Source: Actinomycetota bacterium
GTDB taxonomy: Bacteria > Actinomycetota > Thermoleophilia > Gaiellales > Gaiellaceae
Assembly: GCA_046728195.1 (NCBI GenBank)
Contig: JBKPEC010000001.1
Location: forward strand, 1 to 43,004
Reading direction: 5' to 3'
DNA: 43,004 nt
This document shows, piece by piece, positions 42,379-43,004 of the stretch; position 1 is the first letter of the stretch, and each line of letters begins with the position of its first letter. The notes under the pieces are model-generated. The model did no database searches, was not told the origin of the DNA, and was given only the letters and a program-made list of their open reading frames with translations. Position numbers and translations under genes: made by a program.

Positions 42379-42981
42379 ATGGAGGTGCAGGAGCTACGGC
42401 CCGGGTTGTGGCGCTGGACGGCGCCTCATCCCGAGTGGGAGCACGCCGAGAACTGGGGGCCCGACGTCGCCTCGATCTATGCGGAGCTGCCGCAGGCGAT
42501 CGTCGTCATCGACCCGCTCGTCCCGGCGGGCGAGGACGAGCGCTTCTGGTCCGCCCTCGACCGCGATGTCGAGCGACTCGGCCGGCCCGTACACGTTCTG
42601 CTAACAGTGCACTGGCACGAGCGGAGCGTGGCAGCGGTCCTCGACCGCTATCGCGCCACGTTGTGGCGGCCGGAGGAGAAAGGCGAGCTGCCCGAAGGAG
42701 TGCTCGCGGAAGTCGTGCGCGGCAGCGACTGGGTGGAGGCGCTCTTCTACCTCGAGCCGCACCATGCGCTCGTCACCGGCGACCTTCTGATCGGCGCGAA
42801 GGGCGGCATCGAGCTGCCGGTGCGCTGGTTTCCGAAGGGCGAGCAGCAGTGGGCAGAGGAGACGCTCAAGCCCGAGCTACGCGAGCGCCTCGACAAGCTG
42901 CCGATCGAGCTCGTCCTCGTGTCGCACGGCGAACCGGTGCTCAGCGAGGGACGCGCGGCGCTCGACCGCGGGCTGTCCTAG
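42379..42981 (+). CDS. Small MBL-fold-like (metallo-beta-lactamase superfamily-like) protein with a degenerate metal motif
   Basis: 200 aa. GLWRWTAPHPEW...AIVVIDPL...VLLTVHWHERS...LVSHGEP resembles short actinobacterial MBL-fold proteins. The HxHxDH motif reads HWHERS here. Confidence 0.55.
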   Translation: MEVQELRPGLWRWTAPHPEWEHAENWGPDVASIYAELPQAIVVIDPLVPAGEDERFWSALDRDVERLGRPVHVLLTVHWHERSVAAVLDRYRATLWRPEEKGELPEGVLAEVVRGSDWVEALFYLEPHHALVTGDLLIGAKGGIELPVRWFPKGEQQWAEETLKPELRERLDKLPIELVLVSHGEPVLSEGRAALDRGLS

Positions 42982-43004
42982 GCGCGCGAGATGTAGCGCT
43001 TCTC

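Noticed and set aside
42978-43004. An apparent 3' end of a minus-strand CDS (…EKRYISRA-stop) at the window edge. It shares a CTAG with the stop of the MBL-like gene.
   Set aside because: Only 8 codons are visible, which is not enough to support a feature call.
1-43004. I searched by eye for CRISPR repeats, tRNA/rRNA genes, transposases, integrases, phage genes, toxin-antitoxin pairs and known defence-system genes.
   Set aside because: None was recognised. The window looks like conserved chromosomal core, and the unusual features are domain fusions and regulatory or structural motifs rather than a mobile or defence island. A tRNAscan, Infernal or defence-finder run would be needed to exclude them formally.

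Overview
This window is very high-G+C chromosomal core DNA. Composition and gene order suggest Actinomycetota, possibly a deep-branching class such as Thermoleophilia or Rubrobacteria. Neither G+C content nor taxonomy was computed. About 50 tightly packed genes are present, and many start/stop codons overlap (ATGA/GTGA). I saw no rRNA, tRNA, CRISPR array, transposase, integrase or prophage genes.

Layout:
- 1-5431: an SOS mutasome locus. dnaE2 is partial. imuB has a perfect -35 hexamer and two tandem GAAC-N4-GTTC LexA boxes. The locus is split by an opposite-strand bicupin/DUF2007-like block.
- 5.4-12.3 kb: envelope genes. These are an M23 peptidase, a cysteine-rich secreted protein coupled to comB, a rhomboid protease, a large GT-C-like membrane protein and an L,D-transpeptidase.
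- 12.3-26 kb: ppdK and its regulatory protein with intervening small genes, then glyQS, recO, a glutaredoxin, the deoB-deoA-mutM operon and ald.
- 26-42.3 kb: a roughly 16-kb co-directional minus-strand supercluster. It joins a Firmicute-like order (accB-like, accC, asp23, nusB, small ORF, polyprenyl synthase, tlyA, nadK, recN) to the actinobacterial order (steA, mctB/steB, pyrG, NUDIX).

Most notable observations:
- The gene in the accB position encodes a complete AccB-type biotin carrier fused to an OadA/PycB-like carboxyltransferase domain. Its metal-ligand and catalytic motifs appear to be substituted.
- A GT-A glycosyltransferase is fused to a minimal MraY/WecA-like membrane module between steB and pyrG.
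- The imuB-dnaE2 cassette has no imuA and is interrupted. A tandem palindromic 13-mer lies in the first codons of dnaE2.
- Several smaller oddities: a frameshifted SnoaL-like gene, a Trp-rich micro-ORF coupled to the PPDK regulator, and a 22-bp perfect palindrome on the glyQS start.

All family calls come from reading the translations by eye. None was checked against a database.
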